From: Chiloscyllium plagiosum
Lineage: Eukaryota
Assembly: GCF_004010195.1 (NCBI RefSeq)
Contig: NC_057713.1
Location: forward strand, 99,132,449 to 99,196,448
Reading direction: 5' to 3'
DNA: 64,000 nucleotides
This document shows, piece after piece, positions 45,301-56,459 of the stretch (its first letter is position 1; every line of letters begins with the position of its first letter). Position numbers and translations under genes: made by a program. The notes below the pieces were generated by a model. It was not told where the DNA came from, searched no databases, and saw only the letters and a program-made list of their open reading frames with translations.

Positions 45301-48300
45301 GTAACTTTTCTTTCCATTCAAACGTTTATCCAATTTCCTTTTGAAAGTTGCTATTGTATCTGCTTCCACTGCCTGTTGCGGCAGTGTCTACCAGACTTCA
45401 CTACTGACATGCAAAGAGAAGTGCGACATTCTTACAGTTTGCAATTTCTAAAATGGTTTCAAATTAACATACCCAAGAATGGTAGAATAAGGCTTACAAC
45501 CACCTGCATTTATGTATGTGGAGTCTTTGACATTGCAGAGTGTCAAAAATGCATAAGAGTCTTATCAAACAAAATTTGACACTGAGACACATGACCTGGG
45601 GCGGTATGGTAGCTCAGTGGTTAGCATTGCTGCCTCACAGCGCCAGGGACCCAGATTCGATCCATTCTTGGCGACTATGTGGAGTTTGCACATTCTCCCC
45701 GAGTCTGCGTGGGTTTCCTCCGGGTACTCTGGTTTCCTCCCACAAAACGTGCAGGTCAGGTGGACTGGCCGTGGGAAATGCAGGGTTATGGGTACAGGTA
45801 GGATGCTCTTTGGAGAGTCAGAGTGGACTTTATGGATCAAGTGGTCTGTTTCCATACTGTAGGGAATCTATGAAATATTAGGACAGGTGTGAGTGTCTGA
45901 AAAGAGAGCAGAGTGGAAAGGAAAGGAAATCCAGTACTTGGGACCTTGGCAACTAACAGCACAGCCGCCATTAGCGGGAGTGGGGTGAAATAAAAGTAGA
46001 GCTGTAGAAGAGGTCAGAACTAAAGAAGTACAGTTATCTCACAGGGTTGAAGTGCTGGAGAAAATTACAGAATTGGGATGGGCGAGACCATGGAGAGATT
46101 TGAAAGCAATGATGAAAATATTAAAATGGAAGCTTTGCTGGACCAGGAGCTAATATACGTCCATGAGGACACTATTCCTGCAAAACACTTCTCACCCTGT
46201 CACTGTGCCAACTCAGGAAAGCATTTGCAAATCACTGCACTATTGTTATTGCTCCACCATGAGCCTGTTGAACATTTATAATCCCTGCATCAGAAGAATG
46301 TTAATTGGTGGATAAATATTGGCCAGGATATTGGGGAGACCTCATTTGCACCTATCCAAAATAATGCCTTGGAACCTTATACGTAAAGCTGAATAGAGAA
46401 ATGAGGTTGTGGTTTAACATTTTATTGAAAGACACCATTGGACAGTGTAGCCCTCCCTAAGTACTGTGCTTGGAATGTCTACCTAAATTTCTATGCTCAA
46501 GCCCTAGAGTTGGACTTGAATCCAGAACATTGTGACTCAGAGATGATGGTGCTAGTCACTAAAATCATAAGCTTGGATTCAATTCAGTTCGATTCCAGCC
46601 CTCGTCGGTTTGGATTTTGCACATTCTCCCCATATCTGCATGACTTTTTCTGGGTGCTCCAGTTTCCTCCCATAGTTCAAAGATGGGCAAGTTAGGTGGA
46701 CTGGCTTTGTTGAATTGCGCGTAGTGTCCAGGGATGTGCAGACTAGGTGGGTTAGCCATGGGAAATGCTGGGTCACAAAGATAGGGTAGAGGGGTGGTTC
46801 TGGGTGGGATGCTCTTTGGAGGCCTGGTCCAGGCTGAATGGCCTGTCTCCACATTGTAGGAATTCTATGATTCATGGCCTTATTTACTGTACTTTGTTAA
46901 ACAAGTAAGGCTTGGCTCCAAGGACACTGGGACTGCACAACTGCATAATTAAAGGAATGGTCTGAACATCAATACTCTGCAGAGAATATCTGCCTTAAAT
47001 CCTGAATGAAACCAGTTAAGTCAGAACAAGAGTAAGAATAGTTCGTAGAGCTCCCAATAAAACATTGCCCCCACCTGAAGTATTTACATGGTGCTGGGGT
47101 GCATTTGGATCACTACTTGTGTCTCTGATGTAGAATGTGAGCTTTGTAGGTTGAAGGGTTTTACGCCCTGGTCTCTGCATGCACTCCAAGTAGCTATTCA
47201 ACTGCTTCAGGGAATTTTCATTCACTTCCTGCAAAAGCAAAACAACACAGAGACTTTCTTCCAGCTGAAAGTAAGGTGCATCGGATTCTTAGAATAATAC
47301 AGCACAGAATTGGGTCCATCGAGTCTGCATCAGTTCATTCAGTCTGAGTTAAAGGATTCTTTCAGTGGGGCAGTGGCCATTGGTACAGATACTTAAGTTT
47401 TTCCAAACATTGGTATATACTACTGTAGTTTTTAACCATATCTTTACCTAACCAAATCTGGGCTGAAGCATTTAAGGAATGAAACCTCTTACCTCCAAAT
47501 GGAATAATGACCATCAGTACCAATCTTTCTTTACACTCAAATATCTTAGAGTGACAGAATATCATGGATTGACTCTGACAATTGTGTTGCACATTGAACA
47601 TAAGGACAGGAGGAAGCCATTCAGCCTCTTGATTCTGCTCTATCATTCAACGAGGTCATAGCTGATCTGTGCCCTAATTGTATTTACCCACCTGGTCCCA
47701 CACTACTTAAAAAGATTGGCTAATAAAATCTATCAATCACCAAATCAAAAATTAACAATTGACTGAACATTAATTGCCGTATTTAGAATAGAGCTCCAAA
47801 CTGCTACCACTCTTTGTGCGTAGGACTGTTTCCTAATTTCACTCCTGAAAAATCTGGCTCCAATTTAGACTTGGTTCACCGTCAAGCACAGAAATTGGGT
47901 GCTCATCTCAAAAATCTGTTTGCAACATGGAACCAATTCTATGTTGCCATACATTTATGTAGCAGTAGTGTCAGTACAAATGAGATGGATTATAACTGGC
48001 AGTGCAATAAGAACAATTTAAGAGCACACATAATTAGTAACAGACCAGTGTAAAGACATTCAGAATGCCTCAAAAAGGCAGAGATGGAACCTGCCTGTGT
48101 AGCTTAAAGAAACATTTGAAACAAGGACACTCCACCTGGAACAGCGACAGCATTTGACACATTGTGCCTGTGTCAGCTCTCTGGAAAAGTTATCAATTGC
48201 TTCTATGCTGCCCCTGTTCTTTCCTCTTCAATTATTTATCGAATTCTCATTTGAAGGTCACAATTGAATTTGCTTTCACCGTTCCCTCAAACAACACATT

Positions 48301-50870
48301 CCAGAACAATTAGCAATTATCTATGTCCTCTGGAAACAGAACTTTCCATCAATGAGCCACTTGCTTACATCTCTTCGATCAAAGCCCTTTGTGATTTTGA
48401 ATATCCCTCAACTTTCTGTGCTGTAACTAGAACAATGTTTATTCATTATCACTAGATATCTCAAATCCTTCATCCCTGATACCATTATGTAAAGAAAGAT
48501 CTGAATTTCTACGCTACCTTTCACATTCTCAAGTGATCCAATACTGCCATACAAGTAATTTGGAAATCTCGCCGTTGTAATATTGGAAATATGACAGCTA
48601 ATTAGCACACATCAACTTCGCACAGATAGCAATGGGAGAATGATAAGAGATAATGATCAGATAACCTATTTTACTGATAATAGTTGATGTATAAATATTG
48701 AGTAAGACACTCGGGAGAGCTCTCCTCTCTTCTCTGAAGTGGTACCAAAGCGTCTTTCACATCTACCTTACAGGGTAGACACAACTTTAAATCTGAAAAA
48801 GATAATCATCCAAAAGATAAACACTTTGTCAGTGTAGCACGTCTTCAGTACTTCACTGGGCATGTAAACATAGATAGTGCTCCAGCCTTTGCAGGAGGAC
48901 TTGATCTCACAACTGCCTGGGATGAGAGTGCTACCCACTAAACCACAGCTGATACCAGATCTTGGTAAAGCTCTGCACCTTCTCCAAGGCGATCATCAGT
49001 TCTCAAACTCAGAAACCTCACAGAGACCATCAGTACCTACCCTCTCTCTTGGATACTGGCCAAAGAAATCTGGGTGGACAGCAAAGTAGAATGGTCTCAG
49101 GGCATTCACAGCTTCAGCCACTGATAAGGTGCTCATTCGACAAATCTGATGATTGGCTATTCCTGCACAGAATCTGGGATAGAAAATTAAGTGATTTGGT
49201 GAGTAACAGGGAGTAGGTTTCTATTGCATTACAGCATGTTTGCTCAGCTGAGCCTGCATAGCAGGAAAGTTTGTAGAAAAAGAAATTCAACAATGAAAAT
49301 GGTAGCTCGGGTTAAATGCAAGTTATCTGAGGAAGGAGGAATTGACACCAAATTGCACAAAGGTCTAGAAATACATGAACAGATGAAAAGGGAATAAGTA
49401 GAAAGAATGACTGATAGGGTGAGATGAATTAGGGAGGAAAGAGTCTCACTGGCTTGGGCTTGTTGGGCCAAATGACTGATACCTGCTGTGCAAACATTGA
49501 TAGATTTAAGATTCTTTCTAAAATATCTCCCAAGGATGGACAATCAACTGAGGGATTCTAGGCCAGGCCTCAAAATCAACTGGAAACAATTCAACAGGGT
49601 ATCCAAATCTAAAAGGACAGTCATATAGCAAACTACATTAGGTGGGTGTATTTATAGGACTATTGACCAAAAGACAAAACATACTATATTGCCTTTGTAC
49701 AAACTTTTGATTAATCCAGTTTCAGTCTCCTCACAAATTAAATGATACTGAGTCCTTGGAACAGGTGGAGAGGGGGGAATATGTCAATTTCCCTGCATAA
49801 AAGATTCTTACTTACGACAGTATGGAAGGGTTGAGACTTTACAGGAATGAAAACTTAATGAGTGATCAGTTTGAGGTTTAGAATAGAATGAAGGGAATTG
49901 ATAATGCTCCAGCTGAGAGTTTGGGTCAGGATGTGAAGGGGTCACAACTTCATGTTGTATAAAGCCACACATAGGTCTACTGTTAGGAAGTGGATCTGTC
50001 CTTACAAAGTAGTGAAGTGCTATCTCACACAATGGACAATGAATCACTGAATTTCTCCACGAGAGGCTGGAGCTGTTTTTGTGACTGGGGCAGATGTTAG
50101 CTTGCTCAAGAGGAAACTACTGCATAGAATGTTCAGGACAACAGTGCTGCCTAAGGCAGTTTTGATCACCTACATAGCTTGAAGAAGAATTTTCCAAGTT
50201 TTCTTCTTTGCCAAATTGGTGCAAGCTCATTTCATGTACTTTTTAGATGCAATGTGTCACAGATTGTGGGGGATGATTTAGATATTGCAGAGCACCCGTC
50301 TTTAACTGTTCAGGTGTCATGACTATGTTGCATATTCATGTATTGTATGTTCATATATGATCCAAAACGGTAAGAGATAGTGAGCAGGACATAGTTGATG
50401 ATTTTGTACTTAGAGAGATAGTGGTCCATCACAAGGTCAAGTGTCATAGAAGGAAAAAGTATGTTTTCTTCATGACACAGACTGGACTTTCAGACTCCTG
50501 TAGGTTTGCAATGCTGAGGTCCACTGAAATAGCAGTTTGGGCTAAGACAGAGTTCAATTCTCATCCCCTCTTTTGTTGAGGGTTCAATTCAACACTCATT
50601 CCAGACGCATCACTCAGAACCTGATGATGATAAAGTGTTTGTCATCCTCCTTTCACACAAACTGGATCAACTTTAAAGCTGGTAAAAGGAGCACAGAGCA
50701 AGTGGGTGGGTGGGGGGTAACACAAGGTGAGGGGCTGTCGAGAGGGGGGTGGGGAGGAGAAGGTGGTGGGGGAGGGGATGAGGAATCGGTGACATTGAGG
50801 TCAGGGTGTCAGGTCAGGACCATTGACCCCTGACCCGAGGCCCTGCTCACCTGCCCAGAAATCGGAGCAT
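33137..50870 (-). CDS. TCAIM: TCAIM (T-cell activation inhibitor, mitochondrial), complete: complement(join(33137..33362,35352..35483,36453..36685,37221..37312,39018..39115,41726..41848,44231..44480,47075..47228,49041..49173,50851..50870)), 486 aa
   Basis: Ten GT-AG exons sum to 1461 nt in continuous phase. Motifs AEAVNALRPFYFAVHPDFFGQ (J-domain-like HPD), WQRSWGVAHRCSQLHSL, DVHHHW, FHPRSLKGLQ and HLCISHFYTVLQDGDLCVPWDWK match vertebrate TCAIM. The N-terminus MLRFLGRF resembles a mitochondrial presequence. Confidence 0.95.
33490..33673. mobile_element. Hairpin PLE-terminus insertion with hammerhead core
   Basis: About 55-bp inverted arms; CTGATGA (33594)...GAAAGCTA; 10-bp TSD actgagttgt (33480-33489, 33674-33683). 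Confidence 0.8.
33790..34510 (+). mobile_element. Old CR1 3' fragment
   Basis: Diverged RT C-terminal and tail similarity. Confidence 0.6.
35352..35483 (-). CDS. TCAIM: TCAIM exon 9 (DSSDPSLL...IPVTCDP...RKEE)
   Basis: Acceptor atttcag, donor gtaagt; 132 nt. Confidence 0.9.
36453..36685 (-). CDS. TCAIM: TCAIM exon 8 (LLERLP...FHPRSLKGLQIILQ)
   Basis: Within ORF 36449..36733; donor gtgagt; 233 nt. Confidence 0.92.
37221..37312 (-). CDS. TCAIM: TCAIM exon 7 (RTLIFADNSG...DVHHHWAK)
   Basis: Acceptor tttacag, donor gtaagt; 92 nt. Confidence 0.92.
37432..38460 (-). mobile_element. Degraded Penelope-like element (Neptune-like), 3' part
   Basis: Translations FQV.QQFTC...LLCCILC and LGD...EH....DFSLPDACHFN are GIY-YIG-region remnants; its terminus matches the short palindromic elements. 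Confidence 0.65.
39018..39115 (-). CDS. TCAIM: TCAIM exon 6 (WQRSWGVAHRCSQLHSL...NIK)
   Basis: Acceptor gtctag, donor gtctgt; 98 nt. Confidence 0.92.
39483..39980 (-). mobile_element. Young CR1 3' fragment (nested)
   Basis: ORF 39567..40082 ERVQKRFTRM...WNELPEEVV; tail at 39483. Confidence 0.9.
40073..40405 (+). mobile_element. HE1-type SINE, full length, (AATCT)n tail
   Basis: A and B boxes, conserved core, CR1-derived tail. Confidence 0.9.
41726..41848 (-). CDS. TCAIM: TCAIM exon 5 (LWLHKNR...PLRDELERLK...ITDI)
   Basis: Acceptor ttttgtag, donor gtatta; 123 nt, phase 2 to 2. Confidence 0.9.
42770..43640 (+). mobile_element. Old CR1 3' fragment
   Basis: Diverged similarity to the RT C-terminus and tail. 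Confidence 0.6.
43660..44052. repeat. 33-bp minisatellite (cagtgctccctcagtactgacctacagacactg)n
   Basis: About 12 units, degenerate on the left and homogeneous over 43858-44052. Confidence 0.9.
44231..44480 (-). CDS. TCAIM: TCAIM exon 4 (FRPVTFTL...RPIRWDKTYY...EPAL)
   Basis: Within ORF 44188..44622; AG/GT bounded; 250 nt. Confidence 0.92.
44545..45170 (-). mobile_element. CR1 3' fragment (different subfamily)
   Basis: Tail catagaaaataagaacagga... and RT-end similarity. Confidence 0.75.
45598..45873 (+). mobile_element. HE1-type SINE
   Basis: A and B boxes, core and tail. Confidence 0.85.
46295..46565 (-). mobile_element. Deu-domain SINE
   Basis: tRNA-like head near 46560 followed by the Deu core (cagtacttagggagggctacactgtc...gttaaacc) on the - strand. 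Confidence 0.6.
46585..46872 (+). mobile_element. HE1-type SINE, 5'-degraded
   Basis: Core and tail similar to 40073-40405. Confidence 0.8.
47075..47228 (-). CDS. TCAIM: TCAIM exon 3 (EVNENSLKQL...HVNTS)
   Basis: Within ORF 47016..47240; AG/GT bounded; 154 nt. Confidence 0.92.
48560..48955 (-). mobile_element. Deu-domain SINE
   Basis: Similar to 46295-46565. Confidence 0.55.
49041..49173 (-). CDS. TCAIM: TCAIM exon 2 (FCAGIA...ALRPFYFAVHPDFFGQYPRER)
   Basis: Acceptor ctatcccag, donor gtaggt; HPD motif. Confidence 0.92.
50851..50870 (-). CDS. TCAIM: TCAIM first coding exon (MLRFLGR)
   Basis: ATG at 50870 and donor gtgagc; its phase 2 matches the next exon; lies in the most CpG-rich unique sequence of the window. 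Confidence 0.75.
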
Positions 50871-50975
50871 CCGCGCGGATCATCGGGGCCGCAGGCCTCG
50901 GCCGAGCTCCCTGCAAGTCCCAGCTCCAGGCGGTCACCAGGACAACGGGGGCACACTCGTGTAATCCATCCCAGA

Positions 50976-51430
50976 GAGGAGCAATCACTCCCGGATAGAC
51001 CGATCATTAGGAAGGAGCAATCACTCCCGGATAGACCGATCATCAGGAAGGAGCAATCACTCCCGGATAGACCGATCACTAGGCAGGAGCAATCAATCCC
51101 GGATAGACCGATAATTAGGAAGGAGCAATCACTCCCGGATAGACCGATCACTAGGCAGGAGCAATCACTCCCGGATAGACCGATCACTAGGCAGGAGCAA
51201 TCATGGATAGACCGATCACTAGGAAGGAGCAATCACTCCCGGATAGACCGATCACTAGGCAGAAGCAATTACTCCCGGATAGCCCGATCACTACGAAGGA
51301 GCAATCACCAGGGCGGAGTAATCACTCCAGATAGACCGATCACCAGGGCGGAGTAATCACTCCCGATAGACCGATCACCAGGGAAGAGCAATGATTCCAG
51401 ATAAACCGATCGTCAGGGATGGGCAATCCA
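50976..51430. repeat. 36-bp CpG-containing minisatellite (aggagcaatcactcccggatagaccgatcactagg[a/c])n
   Basis: About 12 units; gives the 12-aa periodicity seen in ORFs 50823..51356 and 50801..51232. Confidence 0.92.
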
Positions 51431-52247
51431 TTCCGAAGGATATCATGTTCATTCCTTTCTAATTGTCCAACGTAAAGTCTTGATTTAGATTCAAGTCCGA
51501 GCATCTTAACCACCGTCTCAGCCCGGGATATGCTGGGTCAAAGGGATCCTTTGACCTGCTCATGTGCTCAAGCTGAGGCCCAACTCATTTCTTCTGCAAA
51601 TTCACGATAAACTCAATTCCCTTGAGCTCCTTACCCTTGTTAATAAAACATGCAATACTGTGTACTGTCCTCTGTATCAAGTCTATGACTAATAGCAATC
51701 CTGACCCCTTTAACGATTTATATATTGTATGGATCCAGACCTCTCTGCACTGCAGCCCATTTAGAGTTGTGCCATTTAGCAGTCTCTCCATGTTCTTCAT
51801 ACTAAAAGGTTAACACTTCACATTTCTCTGCATTGAACTTACTCTGCCGGCTGGAGAGTATGTTGCTGGAAAAGCACAGCAGATCATGCATGTGAGAAAT
51901 GGCTCTCTTCAATAATTTCAGTCTGAGTCAAATTCCAAAGCAGGTATCTATTAAAACATTCTTATAAGAATGGATGACAAGTAGGCACCCCGAGTTATAC
52001 AGTTCAGCTGAGTCTCTCGGTACTCCTCTTTTAGCTTATTGGCTTAGCATGCAAAGCGTTAAACCTTTCATAAGCTACTCACTTCACTCCTCCTCTGTTT
52101 ACTTCTCCCACAACTCTAAGCCTGTCGCCCCTTACCCTTGTTTGTTTCTTGCCTTATTTGGCCTTACACGTGACAAAGTGCAGGTGTTAGCTTGGCTGTT
52201 TTACCACATAGCTTGCATCCCTTTTTGCTGCAAACTGTGTACATGCT

Positions 52248-52388
52248 TGGTAAAAACAATGACTGCAGATGCTGGAAACCAGATTCTGGATTAGTGGTGC
52301 TGGAAGAGCACAGCAGTTCAGGCAGCATCCAATGCTCCTTGGATGCTGCCTGAACTGCTGTGCTCTTCCAGCACCACTAATCCAGAAT
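52248..52388. mobile_element. Hairpin PLE-terminus insertion (hammerhead absent from the loop)
   Basis: About 53-bp perfect inverted arms; 13-bp TSD ctgtgtacatgct (52235-52247, 52389-52401). Confidence 0.8.
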
Positions 52389-54200
52389 CTGTGTACATGC
52401 TCGCTAGCTCAACACTTCTCCCCCACACTGAGCCTTATGACCTGTTTGTGGTTTTGTGTACGTGTTTGCTAACGCAACATTTCGTCCCCTATGGTCCACA
52501 CTGAGCCTTATGACCTCTGATTGTGGTTTCTGCAGCACTGAGCCTTATATTTACACAAAATTTATTTTTTTACAAGCCTCTTGCAGAAGGAACACTTACA
52601 TTTTTCACAAGCATATTCTCCACAGGCAGCATTCGAGGAGCAGGGAGAATTGACCTTTCGGGTCGGAGCCCTTAAATTTACCAGCTGTCTGGCCAGTTGA
52701 CTATGTTATTAATGTTATTATGGTCCAGCACATTAATAGCACAAGTTATTCAAATCACAGAATAGAATCACAGGCTTGATAGACAAATTAGTTGTGTCTT
52801 TTTCTCACATTCAGTCACTGAACACAAGAGACTGTTAAATTTACTAAATTTACTACTAACATAGTTATAAAAGAAAACAAACTGTAGACAAGCCAAGAAC
52901 TGTTTAAGTGATCTCATTAAATATCAAATGTTTAATCATTTCACCCCCAGCAATACATATACAGACTCTCAAACCTCAATGAAGAGTCGCCCCATCTTCA
53001 CACTAAAATTCTTGCTCAGCTGGCATAGCTGTAATTAGTTTCATTCCAGCAAATTTGAGCATTCACAAACCTACTTTCTTTAGTTGATATGTCTCAATAA
53101 ACAAGCTAACTCAGCTCACTTATTACTTAACATGGGTTCCCTAAATTCATGTCTTCAACAGCCTTGTCGGGTATCTTCCTCTGATAACTCCACAGCATTC
53201 TGCTTCCAGAACTTGTAGGGACTTGTCAGGCCTGACTGCTCAAAGTTTAAGAACAACAGCTGTGCTGTTGTGTGACTCTTCTTTCCATAAACCAACCTGC
53301 TTTTGGTCACGTTGTCTGGGTTGAAAAAACACCTTAGTAATTATCTTCCAAGGTGGCAGGCAGCTGGTCATTTAGTTGAAACAAGATGACTTCTTGTAAA
53401 TGTTATTCTGAACTCAATATTCAAAATAACTTCAATCTTTTAAAAAAAGTCTCACCTTCACATAACTAAAAACTAAAATCCATTTTTTCTTCACTTCAAA
53501 GAAAAAGTTCAAATAATTATATGAAGGTTCACAAAATACAATGTCCTTTCAAAGCTCTACACTATGCTCAAAGTTCACAAAGCTTGAAATTTTCATAATC
53601 ACATGCAAACTTTGAAATTGTACCCTATTAAGGTCTTAAACATTAAGATAAACAAAAAAAAAGTAAGGATCCCAACACTTACCTTAGGGAGCTCCAATAC
53701 AAACTTTCCTTTCATCCCCTAAAACATCCACAAACTGCTATTCTTTTAGCTGTCATTCAGCCAAATTCATAAAGCTGACCCTTTAATTCCATAAACTATA
53801 ACTTTACAAGTTGTTAAAAGCACTGTATAAATCCAGTTTCTTTCTCTTCATTGTCTCCACCTTCACTGGATCAACTTGGTTTCTTTGACAGCATCCTGCA
53901 AATCTGCTGCCTCTACCACCGATGAGAATGGCAGACAGATTGAAGCACACCATCCCGACTTCGAACTATATCACTGTTCTTTTGTTGCCGAGTCAAAGTC
54001 CCGGATCTCTCTCCCTAACAGCACTGTTGGTTTAGCAATATCACACTGACTGCAGCAGTTCACTGCGGTACCTTATCACCAATCTTCTCAAGATTAATTA
54101 GGGATTGGCAATAAATGCTGACCTAATCAGCAACACGCACACCCTTGTACGAGAAAATGAGTGAACATAAACACAGCAGGAAATGAATTGAAAACAGTAC

Positions 54201-54538
54201 TTTATTTTTCTAAAGTAACACCATTTAGTACATTCCAAAGTTTGAACCTTTACTATGAACCATAGACAAAATGGAAATAAGCCCACAATGCATTTATTAC
54301 ATTACCTCATTGCAGTTCTTTTACTCAACAGTATAGTTAAAAGTTGGAATTTGTGTAAGACTACATATACACTAAAACCGTTAGCCTACTCTTTGCCAGT
54401 AACATATTTGTTTTAAATCCAAGGCCAAATTTCAAACTGTAGAATATCCAGCAGTTAAGTTCAATTACATTACTCCTTTATCCAATTACCTTATTCTACA
54501 ATTTCCACTCTTCCACAATTCTTTTTACTTTGTTTATT
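54201..54538 (-). promoter_or_regulatory. Candidate SLC39A6 polyA signals (AATAAA on the - strand at 54533-54538 and 54201-54206), implying a ~1.8-2.1 kb 3' UTR
   Basis: TTTATT on the + strand at the end of an AT-rich, repeat-poor stretch downstream of the stop. Confidence 0.45.
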
Positions 54539-56306
54539 TAAATATAAATGTGTTCACTTGTGCGAACACCAATATACTAATTATAAATACATGTAACAAA
54601 GGAATGTTTGTAACAATTAAATTGTAAACTTTAATTTTGCAAAACATCAGTACTATCCTTTTAAAAACTATCGAGTGATCTGAACTACAGAATGCAGCTT
54701 GAAACAACACAACTGAGTATAGATTACAGTGCATCTTGGAAAATCAATTTCAACACAATTCTTGAAGGAAGACCCTGTGCATACTTTACACTGCATTCTT
54801 ACCAGGACGATAACGTAATCAGCAGCTTTTGTTTCTCTATTTCCTATAGAAGGCAGCTGAGGAATGAGCTTTTCCTTGAAAAGTTCCAATTGATTTTACA
54901 AAATGGGTCTGGAATGGTCTACACTCAGATTTTATTCTATAAATAAAATCTCATTTCTAATCACAAGATTATTTTTAATAAGTAACTCCCAACAGCGCCA
55001 AATGTCTTCGATCAGGAGCTTTGGGTTAGAACTGGACATGAAAACAGAAGTACAAATAATTCACAAGAAAAAGATATAAGCTACAATAACATAAGAACAT
55101 GGCACCATTAGTAACTTAATGTTTTCTCTTGGAAAAATCACAATATTCTTATACACAAAAAGCAAAATTGTCTTATTAATCTGAATTCCAGTAACAACAA
55201 CTGAGATATTATCTTTGCATGCGTAGCAATCAGAGGGGTGGGGAGGGGGCAGCTTCTATTTGGAAGTACAAATTTTGTAACATTTTGCTAATGAAAATTA
55301 TTCTTTTTCTTCACTAAATTTGGTCAATCATTGTTCTAACAGAAAAGTCTAAGGCCACCTTTAATAATAATTGCCTGGTTTAAAATTTTAAACAAAACAT
55401 GGCAGTTAACTGTCAATCTGCATTAACAGGTACATTCTCCATGACAACACCTCAACCAGAGTCCAGGTACCAACTAATCAACTTTCTCCTTTCATGCATT
55501 ACAAATGCTTTTCCCCTTGAATTGGTATTCTTGAAAATTGACCTGATGAGTGCAAGAGATACGTTTTGATAAAATGTGTCTAGTTCAGAAATAACAAGAA
55601 TTCGTTACATAAAATTGTGACCACTTTGAGGACTTAGGGTATCACACAGAATACTGAAATTCCCTCAATAATTGTCTCTGTTTCTCTTATTAGTCATCAG
55701 ATGCCTCAAGTTTTTAATCTTCCACTTTCAGTTGCCCTGACAGCTATTGCTGTTAATTGTGTACTTGAAGGTTCGGATTCTGCATGACAACTGTTTTGTC
55801 AATCAACTTCCCAGTGTCTTTGTTCAGCACATTGCATGTTAACTGTCTGTTACGTTTTTACACTTTGATTTCCCACCCCCCCCCCCCCCAACCAAAAAGT
55901 GGAAGAATGCAGCAATCTGGAACTGGCTTGAGTGAAGGAGAAATAGAAATACAGGAAGTGGGAAAATCTCATTGCAATGGTGATCATCAGATTCTCTTAT
56001 TGTCCTGCCATGTTGTAACTGATTATGTACTTCTTTTTAAATGTACTTGTCCTAATTTGATGAGACTGGGGATACATCACTGCAAGCACATGCATGGGTG
56101 TGGCAACGTTGAGTTGAGTTTTCAGCCATGAGCTGGCCAAGGAAATATGAATGTGGATTCAGGCTTGATCGAGAAGGGAACTATCCCAGATCATTACCAC
56201 AAATTAAACAGCATTAAAGCCTCATTACTTTATTGCAGACACTAGTTAAATAAATAGATGCAAATATAGTACTTCAGAGTACCCGTAGGCCATCCACAAG
56301 CAAATA

Positions 56307-56459
56307 TCACAATCTTACAATTGACAAAATTTTATGTTCAAATACAGCTATAAGCAGCATGATGCCAAATCCCAGGAGCATTCCAGAATTCTGTAGAAGG
56401 AAGTAAGCCCCATGACTGTAGTCATGATCACCAGCGTCACTGTGAAGCATTTCTGGAAC
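56307..56459 (-). CDS. SLC39A6: SLC39A6 last coding exon
   Basis: Acceptor catacag; 50 codons plus TGA. Confidence 0.9.
   Translation of the reverse strand, partial: VPEMLHSDAGDHDYSHGAYFLLQNSGMLLGFGIMLLIAVFEHKILSIVRL

Larger units (their letters stand above)
50820..51430 (-). promoter_or_regulatory. CpG-rich putative TCAIM promoter/5' UTR, with an RFX X-box-like motif (GTTGTCCTGGTGAC, 50933-50946)
   Basis: Locally dense CpG and GC content around the first coding exon, in an otherwise CpG-depleted window. Confidence 0.6.

Noticed and set aside
50801-51356. ORFs of 177 aa (+) and 143 aa (-) with 12-aa repeats; CRISPR-like repeat length
   Set aside because: By-products of a 36-bp tandem repeat; no unique spacers, no cas genes, eukaryotic context.
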